A model generated the notes under the pieces. It was not told the DNA's origin. It did no database searches and saw only the letters and a program-made list of their open reading frames with translations. 32,000 nt of DNA from Geotalea daltonii FRC-32 (GTDB taxonomy: Bacteria; Desulfobacterota; Desulfuromonadia; Geobacterales; Geobacteraceae), in contig NC_011979.1 in NCBI RefSeq assembly GCF_000022265.1, positions 1,980,001-2,012,000 of the forward strand, read 5' to 3'. Made by a program: the position numbers and the translations under genes. Every line of letters starts with the position of its first letter. The stretch's first letter is position 1. Of this stretch, positions 1-8,145 are shown in pieces.

Positions 1-854
1 AATACTGCCGGGTCGGAAGAAAAGATGGCGCTGATCCCCGGTTGGATGCCCCAGAAGCCCGACCCCGTGGGAAGTTCCGTCTGCAACGGTACCCCCGATG
101 GGCTGGTCACGTTGGTCGCGGTGGGAACCTCGAAGGGATCCTTGCCGGTGATGGATTTTACCCGCAGGTTGGCGATGAAATAGGGACCGTTTCCCCCCGG
201 CTGGTTAAGCTGAAAACGGGGACCGAATTCGACGTCACCCATATTGTTCCCGTCGGCGGTGAACACACTTGCCGGTATCCGGTTGCCCGTATTGGGATCG
301 GTAGTCGGTTCGAACGAGGTGGAATCGGAACGGTAGACGTAGGGGACCCTGGCTTCGAATTCTACCCGGTTGGTGATGCCGTAGCGTGCTCCCAGGGAGA
401 CGACGTAGGTATTGCTGTTGACGTTCCGCACATCGATGAGCCCGATGGTGAAGGAGGGAATGATAGTATAGCCGCTCAGTGCCACACGGTTGGAGGAGGA
501 ATTGGAGAACTGGAATGATGGCTCCAGGACCAGCGTTCCCTTGGGGGTCAGTACCCCCGGTTGATCGAAGATCGGAGCTATATCCGGCGTCCGCGCTTCT
601 CCAGGCTGCCCAACCGGCGGCTCATGAATATGCGTCCTAGTTGCCTCGGTGCGCATTTCTTTTTTCGCCTCGTCTGCTTTGGCAGTTGCCTTCTTTTCAT
701 TTCCTTTTTTGGTGGAGGTGATTTCCCGGTCCTGTTCCGGCGGCCGGTTTTTTCCTTTGCCGGGGGGGGGAGACTCTGCGCAAAACGAATTTGCAGACAG
801 CAACATCAAAGCCACCCAGACGCAGGCGGTAATGGTTTTTCCACGAGCAGGCAT
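1..854 (-). CDS. Outer-membrane beta-barrel protein, N-terminal 284 codons (gene continues beyond the left edge)
   Basis: Not in the ORF track because it runs off the edge. I translated the reverse strand by hand: the frame from ATG 854..852 stays open through position 1. GGAGGA (865..860) lies 5 nt upstream. The N-terminus MPARGKTITACVWVALMLLSANSFCAE is a signal peptide, followed by a K/E/P-rich linker and then amphipathic strands (VSLGARYGITNRVEFEARVPYVYRSDS, YFIANLRVKSITG, ELPTGSGFWGIQPGISAIF). The exact family is not certain. Confidence 0.75.
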   Translation of the reverse strand, partial: MPARGKTITACVWVALMLLSANSFCAESPPPGKGKNRPPEQDREITSTKKGNEKKATAKADEAKKEMRTEATRTHIHEPPVGQPGEARTPDIAPIFDQPGVLTPKGTLVLEPSFQFSNSSSNRVALSGYTIIPSFTIGLIDVRNVNSNTYVVSLGARYGITNRVEFEARVPYVYRSDSTSFEPTTDPNTGNRIPASVFTADGNNMGDVEFGPRFQLNQPGGNGPYFIANLRVKSITGKDPFEVPTATNVTSPSGVPLQTELPTGSGFWGIQPGISAIFSSDPAV

Positions 855-872
855 CGAAATCCTCCAAAGAAA

Positions 873-1000
873 AATTAATTCGAATTAATTTGATTGCTTA
901 AATTAATCCAATGGCGGCCGGATGTCAATGACCAGCTCAAATTTTTTTTTCAGGGAGACGCGAGCAAAAATATTTTTAAGTAAATTTGTAAAAATTAATT
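873..1000. repeat. Four copies of the palindromic box AATTAAT(T) in the divergent promoter region
   Basis: AATTAATT at 873-880, 883-890 and 993-1000; AATTAAT at 901-907. One copy lies in the spacer of the + promoter, one overlaps the -10 of the - promoter, and two lie in the - strand leader. Confidence 0.5.
900..928 (-). promoter_or_regulatory. Sigma-70-type promoter for the OM beta-barrel gene
   Basis: Minus strand: TTGACA (928..923), 17-nt spacer, TAATTT (905..900), about 45 nt upstream of ATG 854. Confidence 0.4.
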
Positions 1001-1013
1001 TGTGATATATAAT
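986..1013 (+). promoter_or_regulatory. Sigma-70-type promoter for the giant surface-protein gene
   Basis: TTGTAA (986-991), 16-nt spacer, TATAAT (1008-1013), about 105 nt upstream of GTG 1122. Confidence 0.45.
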
Positions 1014-1121
1014 TAGTCACGCCCGCCGGTCATGTGGATGACAGGTGGAGAGCAAGGTTAAGCGATCGGCGCCCAACCAATGAATACTTGTTTCTCTTGT
1101 TATCGGACAGGAGGGGGTAAC

Positions 1122-4100
1122 GTGAACGGTATAAAAACGATTATCTGGTTGTATATCCTCATTACATTCGCTGTTTTCTCGGCCGTTCCCGACATTCATG
1201 CCGCCACACCTTCCGCAACACCAATAGCAGACGTCACCCAAAACGAGGCTGATATCATCAACCTTGACGTGGCAGGCTCTTTCAGCGATGGGGATGGCCA
1301 CACGCTTACTTTCACCGCCACCGGCCTGCCCGAAGGCATTGGCATCAGCTCTGCCGGGCTTATTTCGGGAAAGCTGCCGAAGGTGACGGCGAATACCTCC
1401 TATAGGGTGACGGTGACCGCCACAGACCTGAGTAATCTTACTGCCGACCAGAGTTTCACCCTGACGGTCATCAACAGCATTAACGAGCTTCCTGTCCTGG
1501 CCCGCAATACCGTGCTCAGAATCAACCAGGATGCCGCTGCCGGTACCATCGGTAATAACTATTTGCAGCTTACGGATGAAAACAATCCCGGTGCCAGCTC
1601 CCTGACCTACACCCTGACCGCCGTGCCGGTCAAAGGGACCCTGCAAAAAGGGAACTCACCCCTCGCTGTCGGCGCCACCATTACCCAGGCGGACATCGAC
1701 GCCGGTTCCATCAGCTTCGCTCCTTCGGGGAGCGCCAACGGCGCCGACGGTTTTTCCTTTACCTACACGGACGACGTCGGGGAAACACAGGGTCCAGCGG
1801 TTTTCACCATCACCATCGTCGATAATATACCGCCGACCATGAACGGCACTGCCGTGTATGTGGACTCGACCCATGTGGAGGTGACCTTCAGCGAGGAGGT
1901 TAAAGGCGCGGATCTCCCGGCCAATTACACGGCAGACAACGGCCTGACCATAACCGGAGCGACGCCGGTTAGCGCGAATACCTATCGTCTCACCACCTCA
2001 GTCCACAAAATCGGCGTTACCTATACCATTACCGGCAAGAATATCGCCGATCAAGCCGGCAATGGGCTGGCCGCAAATGGCAGAACTGCAGAGTTAACCC
2101 GGCCTGCCACAGCTAACAGTGCTCCCGGCACGCCGGTCCTCAAGGCACCGGCAAGCGGGGAAGCCAATTCGGCCGGAGAGGTAACGACCTTGACCCCGTC
2201 TCTCACCGTCAATGCCGTCACCGATCCGGACGGCGACCTGGTTACCTATACGTTCGAGGTTAGTACGACCGGCAACTTCGCGACTCTTGCAGTTTCAGGG
2301 GAGATGACCATTGCCGTTGATGGGGCTGTCTCCTTTGCCGTACCCACAGCAACGCCCCTTGCCGAGAACACCCTCTATTACTGGCGGGTTCAGGCCAGTG
2401 ACGGCAACTTGAACAGCGGTTACATGCCGACGGCTACTTTCTTCGTCAACACAACCGCGGAGGCACCGACCGATCCAGCGGTGAGCTATCCTGCCGCCGG
2501 CACCGAAGTGCCCTTACTGACACCGGCACTTACCATTACCAATAGTGCCGATGCGGACCAGGATACCCTCACCTATGACTTCGACCTGGCAATGGATCAG
2601 GGGTTCGGCAACGGCAGTATCGTGGCCAGTGGCACCGGCATTCCCCAGGGCACTGGAGGGAGCACAGCCTGGACTGTCCCCCCGGACAAAGCAAAGGATA
2701 ACAGTCGGTACTTCTGGCGATGCCGGGCCGTAGACCATGATGGGAAAACCAGTAACTACGTCACCTCATCCTTTTTCATCAACACTGCCAACGACGCCCC
2801 CACTGCACCCACTTTGAGCGCACCGGCAAACGGCTCGCCCAATGTCAATGAGGTGAATATCCTCACCCCCACACTGGTGGTCAATAATGCAACCGATCCC
2901 GACCCGGTGAAGGCGGCTCTCACCTACACCTTCGAAATCGATACGGTCAACACCTTCGATAGTGCCGGCAAGCAGGTGTCGCCGGCTATTCCCGAGGGGG
3001 CGGGGACCACCGCCTGGCCTGTAGCGGCAAATCTTACCGAGAACACCACCTATTATTGGCGCGCCAAGGCGAACGACGGTGCAGCTGACGGCCCATGGAT
3101 GACCACCGGCAGCTTTTTCGTCACCACTCGCAATATCGCACCCAACGTTCCTGCACTGGTGAGTCCACCAGCAGGCGGCGAAGCGGATTCAGTGACGCCG
3201 GTGCTTTCCGTTCAAGGAAGCGATGTCAACGGTGATACCATGACCTATACATTCGAGGTGTTCACCGACAGCAGCTTGGATTCCCGTACACGAGTGGCCT
3301 ATGCCGTAGACCAGCCTGCCAACTGGATCGTCACTCCGCCTCTTACGGATAACACACGATACTACTGGACCGCCATGGCAAAGGACCTCCACGGCGCCTT
3401 CAGCAGACCCATGGCGGCACAATCCTTCACGGTAAAAAACAAGGATAGCGGCAACATTGCGCCGAACATGACCATAACTGCCCCCGGTGCAAATGAACCG
3501 GTGATGAACAAATACTCCATAAATTCCTATACCATTACCTGGACTGCCGCCGACCCGGACAGTCCGGCCCTCATCGCCCTGTACCACGCCCCGGATGCCG
3601 GCGGTACCGGAGGGACCCTGATTGCCAGCGGCCTCAGCAAGAATGTGACCAGCTACACCTGGGATACCTCGGTCCTTCAGGACGGGAGCTACTACGTGTA
3701 CGGTGTCATCGCCGACGGCAAGTCGCAGGTTACGGCAGTTTCGGCCGGACCCATCGTCATCGACCGCACTCTACCCACCCCCCCGGAGGTGTCGGGTGTG
3801 ACGCTGACCAACAATCCCACGCCCACCTGGAGCTGGACCGGGAAAGGGGGAGGGAGCGGAACTTACCGCTACAAGCTGGACAGCGAAGATTTGACAACCG
3901 GTGCAATCGAGACGCCAGACCTTACCTTTACTCCGGCGTCGGCACTGGGCGGAGGAGAGCACACGCTGTATGTGCAGGAGCGGGATGTTGCCGGCAATTG
4001 GTCCCCAAGCGGCAGCTACAGGACCAATATAGATCTGATACCCCCTGAGGCCACAATCAGCGGTGCTCCCGTTCAGGCAACAGCTGATACCAGCGTTACC

Positions 4101-5642
4101 CTGACTGTCAGCGGAGATGACGTGATCATCTACCGGTACCGGCAGGATGGTGGCGAATTTTCCGGTGAAAGACCGGTCGGCGATCCCATCCAGTTGGCGG
4201 CTCTCGGGGATGGTGGACATGTCGTCGCCGTTATCGGCAGGGACAGTGCCGGAAACTGGCAAACCACCGAATCGACGGTGCAGTGGGTCGTAGACATAAC
4301 CCCGCCGGGTGCTGTTATCAACAGCGTTCCATCGAGCCTAACGAACAGGACTGCGGCCACTTTGGTAGTCGGTGGGGAAGGAGTTACTGCCTACCGTTAC
4401 AAGTTCGACGACGGTGCATATTCCAGCGAGACGCCCGTTTCCACCCCCATAACGCTTGCCTCCCTGACCGAGGGGAACCATACGGTGTCGGTAATCGGCC
4501 GGGACGGCGCCGGAAACTGGCAGGCCGAGGAGAGCGCCGCCACCGCCGCCTGGATGGTGGATTTGACTCCTGCAGTAATGAATGTATCCACCCTTTTGGA
4601 TGGCAACTATACCAACGTGGCAGAGTTGAACATTTCCGGGACCGTCACCGATGCCAGCGGCATTGCGAGTCTTGCCCTTGAATATGCGGCCGAAGGCACT
4701 ACCGGCTCCGGCGAGGTCATACTCGACGGGAAGGGAGCCTTCAGCCACATTGTGACCTTGGCCGTCGGGGCCAATAAGCTGACCCTGACTGCCACTGACC
4801 GTGCGGGTAACCGGACCGGCAATACGAGAACCATCAACTACGATCCGTTTGGGCCAGAGCTTACCATTACGAGCCCTGCAGATAATCTGAAGACCAACCA
4901 GTCATTCGTCAAGATCAACGGGACGACCAACGAAACTGCCACCATCGAGGTCACTACCTACGACCGGAATCAGATACCTGCTTCCCCCCAATTGGCGTCC
5001 ATCAGCGGAGCGGATTTTACCGCCACCGCCAATCTCTTCGAAGGACTCAACACCGTCGTCATCACCGCCCAGGACCAGACCGGGACCAGAAGCTCCTACA
5101 AAAGGACCGTTACCTACGACAACCAGAAACCCAATCTGGCCATTACCGAGCCTGTCCAGGACCTGAGGACCAATCTGCACATCATGACCATCAAGGGAGC
5201 TGTTTCCGATGCCCTCAGTGAGGTTGCCGTGACGGTGAAACAGGATGGCAATGAACCCGAGCCGGTTTTCCTGATTACCGGCGAGTCGGGGCAGTCCTTT
5301 GAGAAGACGGTGACCTTTACGGATAGTAAGGTCTATCATTTTGTGGTGACGGCAACGGATGCCGCGGGGAACGAGACAACTGTCCAGCGGAACATCATCT
5401 TTGCCGCTCCAGCCTGGGGGGATATCAACAGCGACGACAGGGTGGATATCCTCGACGCCCTGATTGCGCTGCAGATTTCCAATGGCATGCTGACCCAGAC
5501 TGATTTTGACCTGATCCGCGGGGATGTTGCTCCATTGATAGACGGCAAACCGGTCTCCGACGGCAGGATCAATGTGGGTGATGCCGTCGTCATTCTCCAG
5601 GCTGCAGTCAACCTGATCACACTTGAGGCACCTCAAAAATAA
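1122..5642 (+). CDS. Very large secreted multi-domain surface protein (cadherin/Ig-like modules, four FN3-like repeats, C-terminal dockerin-type module)
   Basis: ORF track gives 1080..5642. I prefer the in-frame GTG 1122: GGAGGGGG (1110-1117) is 4 nt upstream and the product then starts VNGIKTIIWLYILITFAVFSAVPDIHA (signal peptide). There are four tandem ~110-aa repeats (nt ~2121-3440), each with TPxLxV..DPDGD..TYxFE....YYWR..A.DG. Two ~86-aa repeats (nt ~4040-4570) carry YRY(R/K).DGG..S...P......L..G.H.V.VIGRD.AGNWQ. Further ..TATD.AGN modules follow. The C-terminal GDINSDDRVDILD ... DGRINVGDAV forms paired Ca-binding dockerin-like loops (nt ~5418-5620). Confidence 0.9.
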   Translation: MNGIKTIIWLYILITFAVFSAVPDIHAATPSATPIADVTQNEADIINLDVAGSFSDGDGHTLTFTATGLPEGIGISSAGLISGKLPKVTANTSYRVTVTATDLSNLTADQSFTLTVINSINELPVLARNTVLRINQDAAAGTIGNNYLQLTDENNPGASSLTYTLTAVPVKGTLQKGNSPLAVGATITQADIDAGSISFAPSGSANGADGFSFTYTDDVGETQGPAVFTITIVDNIPPTMNGTAVYVDSTHVEVTFSEEVKGADLPANYTADNGLTITGATPVSANTYRLTTSVHKIGVTYTITGKNIADQAGNGLAANGRTAELTRPATANSAPGTPVLKAPASGEANSAGEVTTLTPSLTVNAVTDPDGDLVTYTFEVSTTGNFATLAVSGEMTIAVDGAVSFAVPTATPLAENTLYYWRVQASDGNLNSGYMPTATFFVNTTAEAPTDPAVSYPAAGTEVPLLTPALTITNSADADQDTLTYDFDLAMDQGFGNGSIVASGTGIPQGTGGSTAWTVPPDKAKDNSRYFWRCRAVDHDGKTSNYVTSSFFINTANDAPTAPTLSAPANGSPNVNEVNILTPTLVVNNATDPDPVKAALTYTFEIDTVNTFDSAGKQVSPAIPEGAGTTAWPVAANLTENTTYYWRAKANDGAADGPWMTTGSFFVTTRNIAPNVPALVSPPAGGEADSVTPVLSVQGSDVNGDTMTYTFEVFTDSSLDSRTRVAYAVDQPANWIVTPPLTDNTRYYWTAMAKDLHGAFSRPMAAQSFTVKNKDSGNIAPNMTITAPGANEPVMNKYSINSYTITWTAADPDSPALIALYHAPDAGGTGGTLIASGLSKNVTSYTWDTSVLQDGSYYVYGVIADGKSQVTAVSAGPIVIDRTLPTPPEVSGVTLTNNPTPTWSWTGKGGGSGTYRYKLDSEDLTTGAIETPDLTFTPASALGGGEHTLYVQERDVAGNWSPSGSYRTNIDLIPPEATISGAPVQATADTSVTLTVSGDDVIIYRYRQDGGEFSGERPVGDPIQLAALGDGGHVVAVIGRDSAGNWQTTESTVQWVVDITPPGAVINSVPSSLTNRTAATLVVGGEGVTAYRYKFDDGAYSSETPVSTPITLASLTEGNHTVSVIGRDGAGNWQAEESAATAAWMVDLTPAVMNVSTLLDGNYTNVAELNISGTVTDASGIASLALEYAAEGTTGSGEVILDGKGAFSHIVTLAVGANKLTLTATDRAGNRTGNTRTINYDPFGPELTITSPADNLKTNQSFVKINGTTNETATIEVTTYDRNQIPASPQLASISGADFTATANLFEGLNTVVITAQDQTGTRSSYKRTVTYDNQKPNLAITEPVQDLRTNLHIMTIKGAVSDALSEVAVTVKQDGNEPEPVFLITGESGQSFEKTVTFTDSKVYHFVVTATDAAGNETTVQRNIIFAAPAWGDINSDDRVDILDALIALQISNGMLTQTDFDLIRGDVAPLIDGKPVSDGRINVGDAVVILQAAVNLITLEAPQK

Positions 5643-5664
5643 AAAGAAAGCGAGTGTTGCAGGT

Positions 5665-6969
5665 ATGAAAGTGAACAGAGCGATATTATCAGGTTTTATC
5701 CTGTGGGTTTCCATTCTTTCCGGTTGCGGTTTCGGCGGTTTCACCGACAATCCCAACAACGATGCAGCATCCGCCAACCAGTCGAAGACCGACACCGATA
5801 CCAAGATAACCGGCGTCGTTGCCAAAGGATTGTTCAAGGATGGTACGGTGCGGGTTTATGCCCTCAACACCGACGGCACCGAAACGTTGCTCAGGACCTC
5901 CAAGATCAACGCGTTCGGCAATTATTCATCGCGCATCAGCGCATTCAAGACCAGTACCACCGGGTCCTATAACGGTATTTACCTGATCAAGGCGACCGGC
6001 TCCTATCTCGACGAATCGACCGGCTCGGTGCTGACCATCGACGAGGGAAATCCCCTCAGAGCCGTTATCGCCAATCCGTCGGGGATCTTTACTGCCTCGG
6101 TGACCCCGCTGACGGAGCTTGCCGCCAGAAAAGTCCTGGCGCTCCAGCAGGGGGGAAAGAGTCTGGCCTCCACCGATGTAACGGCAGCAAATGCATTGAT
6201 TTCGGAGATGTTCAAGGTGGACATTATCGGTACGAAGCCGGTGGAGCCGGATCAGACGCCAGCCGGTATCAAAGCCGATACCGGGCAGGGGCAGAGGGAT
6301 TATACCCTGGCGCTTGCCGCCATCTCACAGATGGCCAAAGCTGATGCAGGGGCACTGGCCGGGACCTTGAATGCCCTGAGCGGCGATATCGCAGACGGCG
6401 CCATGTCAGTGGAGAGTGCCGGCGCCTTTCAGTCAGCGCTGACCGCTTTTCTCGGCTCGGATAAGAATGCCACCGGTATCACCAGCATCAACAATACCAA
6501 CCTGGCCAACGCCGGCGGCACGACAAAAACCATCAAGATTGCCACCTCTGCAAAGGAGGGTGCCAACGCCCTTATCCGGGGCATAACGGTGACGCTGGTG
6601 TTGCCCCCCGGGGTTACTCTGAGAGCGAATTTTGTAACCTCCAAAGAGAAAAAAGAACCCTTGTCTGCGGTTGTTACCCTGCCAAGTACCATGTCCGCGA
6701 ATACCCAATTTCAGTCGGCATATAGTCCACCTGCCTCGGGTGCTCGGGGGATGGTCACCATATCTCTGGGTAATGCATACGGTTTTGCAGCCGGGGAGTT
6801 TTTGATGATCAAATGCGATGTGGCCCCGGGGGCGGTACCAGTGACTTCGGATTTCACCATCTACCGCAATCCCGATAATCCTGAAGATCCGAAGAATTTC
6901 CAGGCGGTAGACGGCAATGGGGCGCTCTTCCCGCCTGAGGTGCTCAGCGCGGAGATAATGCCCGAGTAA
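5665..6969 (+). CDS. Lipoprotein of unknown function, possibly with a cohesin-like C-terminal module
   Basis: ORF track gives 5623..6969. The in-frame ATG 5665 gives MKVNRAILSGFILWVSILSG|C (lipobox LSGC). It starts 22 nt after the upstream stop on the same strand. The C-terminal ~150 aa show a beta-sandwich-like pattern (IKIATSAKEG..IRGITVTLVLPPGVTL..GMVTISLGNAYGFAAGEFLMIKCDVAPG). Confidence 0.85.
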   Translation: MKVNRAILSGFILWVSILSGCGFGGFTDNPNNDAASANQSKTDTDTKITGVVAKGLFKDGTVRVYALNTDGTETLLRTSKINAFGNYSSRISAFKTSTTGSYNGIYLIKATGSYLDESTGSVLTIDEGNPLRAVIANPSGIFTASVTPLTELAARKVLALQQGGKSLASTDVTAANALISEMFKVDIIGTKPVEPDQTPAGIKADTGQGQRDYTLALAAISQMAKADAGALAGTLNALSGDIADGAMSVESAGAFQSALTAFLGSDKNATGITSINNTNLANAGGTTKTIKIATSAKEGANALIRGITVTLVLPPGVTLRANFVTSKEKKEPLSAVVTLPSTMSANTQFQSAYSPPASGARGMVTISLGNAYGFAAGEFLMIKCDVAPGAVPVTSDFTIYRNPDNPEDPKNFQAVDGNGALFPPEVLSAEIMPE

Positions 6970-6987
6970 ACGGGGGCGATTTCACCG

Positions 6988-7043
6988 AGACAGGCCGATC
7001 GGGATGTATGGCAAGTCGGGATCGGCCTGTCTTTTGGATTTTT
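6988..7043 (+). terminator. Intrinsic terminator after the surface-protein/lipoprotein pair
   Basis: Perfect 13-bp stem AGACAGGCCGATC (6988-7000) / GATCGGCCTGTCT (7020-7032) followed by TTTGGATTTTT. It begins 19 nt after the stop at 6969. Confidence 0.75.
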
Positions 7044-7099
7044 GGCAGCTGGGGCGATGGGGCGGCTACGGCAGCCGTCCTGGAAACACGGCAGCAATC

Positions 7100-7447
7100 T
7101 TACTTGCTGCCTATGGTGGAAAGAGTAATTCTCCGGAGGCAATTGCCGTTGTCGGTAATGCCCTTGTCTGCTTCGTCCCACAGTTTTATTTTCGATGCCG
7201 CCAGTTCCAGCTTGCCGGAGGACAGGACCCCAATGGGAATGGCAGTCTCAAGGCCATGCCCCACTATCTGCACCAGTTCCTCGTCATTGACGTTCACCTC
7301 CGAAAGGAGGCGGTCACGCCAAGCTTCTTCCTCTGCGGACGGTTGCAGGGTGTAGTTCGGTTGTGTCGAAGGGGCAGGCTCCTCTGCCTTCAGCCAGGCC
7401 GGCATCAGGCAAAGGAAAAGACAGGCAAACGCGGCGGTTTTTTTCAT
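7100..7447 (-). CDS. Small secreted protein (115 aa), no family recognised
   Basis: ORF track gives 7100..7627. The internal ATG 7447 is preceded by AAGGAG (7461..7456, 8-nt spacing) and gives the signal peptide MKKTAAFACLFLCLMPAWLKA. A sigma-54 promoter lies upstream. Confidence 0.7.
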   Translation of the reverse strand: MKKTAAFACLFLCLMPAWLKAEEPAPSTQPNYTLQPSAEEEAWRDRLLSEVNVNDEELVQIVGHGLETAIPIGVLSSGKLELAASKIKLWDEADKGITDNGNCLRRITLSTIGSK

Positions 7448-7530
7448 GTTAGCGGCTCCTTGATGGGATATTTCGCGAAAGGGCACTCCTAAATGGGGAC
7501 GCACTTTTGCTGTCCATTGAAAAAAAGGAG

Positions 7531-7546
7531 AGCAATTCAAATGCCA
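7531..7546 (-). promoter_or_regulatory. Sigma-54 (-24/-12) promoter for the small secreted protein gene
   Basis: Minus strand reads TGGCATTTGAATTGCT. GG and GC have the correct 10-nt separation, and 10 of the 12 specified positions of TGGCACG-N4-TTGCW match. It lies about 85 nt upstream of ATG 7447. Confidence 0.6.
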
Positions 7547-7609
7547 AAGTGCAACTAGCCGATTTTCCACAATTTTATTGTGGCAACACTTTGATCTGTA
7601 AAGAAATCG

Positions 7610-7735
7610 TACAGGCGGAAATTCCATTCATTCCCGGTGATGCGGACAAAACGCAATTATTTTCAGTATGTTAAGTCTGCAATAGGGGGTGTTTGCCGCC
7701 TGTAATGATTCCATACATTCAGGAATGATGATTCC
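7610..7735. repeat. Repeat cluster upstream of the sigma-54 promoter (possible enhancer/UAS)
   Basis: A 9-bp perfect inverted repeat TACAGGCGG (7610-7618) / CCGCCTGTA (7696-7704), each arm followed by the direct repeat ATTCCAT(T/A)CATTC (7621-7633, 7708-7720), plus the palindrome GGAAT-GATG-ATTCC (7722-7735). Closer to the promoter: palindrome CCACAAT-TTT-ATTGTGG (7567-7583) nested in CAAAGTG (7545-7551) / CACTTTG (7587-7593). Confidence 0.5.
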
Positions 7736-7767
7736 GTTCCGGGCATGCATTTGTCAGGTTGCCGTCC

Positions 7768-7796
7768 TTGACAGGCTATTCCTTTTTCTGTATAAA
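7768..7796 (+). promoter_or_regulatory. Near-consensus sigma-70 promoter for yggT-divIVA-yggU-CBS
   Basis: TTGACA (7768-7773), 17-nt spacer, TATAAA (7791-7796), 36 nt before ATG 7832. Confidence 0.65.
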
Positions 7797-7831
7797 ATTC
7801 TGTGCTTTATTAAAGCAAAAAGGGGCGCCTG

Positions 7832-8143
7832 ATGTTCATAATTGCCAATTTTCTCAATGCCATTGCCTATGTCCTTGAGTTCTCACTCAACATTTACATG
7901 TACATCATAATTGCCAGGGCAATTCTTTCCTGGGTCAATCCTGATCCATACAATCCGATAGTCAATTTTCTCTACCGTGCAACCGATCCGGTACTTTACC
8001 GGGTCCGGCGTATGCTCCCGGACATGGGGGGGCTGGACTTGTCCCCAATGATCGTACTGCTTATTATCTTTTTCCTGCAGAAGTTTCTGGTCAATTCCGT
8101 TTTTGAATTGGCAAACAGGCTGAAGTTCGCCGTGGGGGCATAA
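7832..8143 (+). CDS. yggT: YggT family membrane protein
   Basis: 103 aa and hydrophobic. ARAILSWVNPDPYNPIVNFLYRATDPVLYRVRRMLP..GGLDLSPMIVLLII is the YggT/Ycf19 signature. The conserved neighbourhood with divIVA and yggU supports the call. Confidence 0.9.
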   Translation: MFIIANFLNAIAYVLEFSLNIYMYIIIARAILSWVNPDPYNPIVNFLYRATDPVLYRVRRMLPDMGGLDLSPMIVLLIIFFLQKFLVNSVFELANRLKFAVGA

Positions 8144-8145
8144 CT

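Noticed and set aside
42-518. Plus-strand ORFs 42..518, 561..878 and 649..888 at the left edge.
   Set aside because: The minus strand here is open for 284 codons and has an RBS, a signal peptide and beta-barrel features. The plus-strand ORFs are its antisense shadows.
1014-1121. A GEMM-I (c-di-GMP/cGAMP) riboswitch upstream of the giant surface protein, and likewise upstream of cytochrome c7 (24131-24384).
   Set aside because: Neither leader contains the paired GGCAAA / ACGCAAAGC-type conserved cores. The GCAAATG...GGGAAATGAAAAG stretch at ~24281-24315 is only a superficial resemblance.
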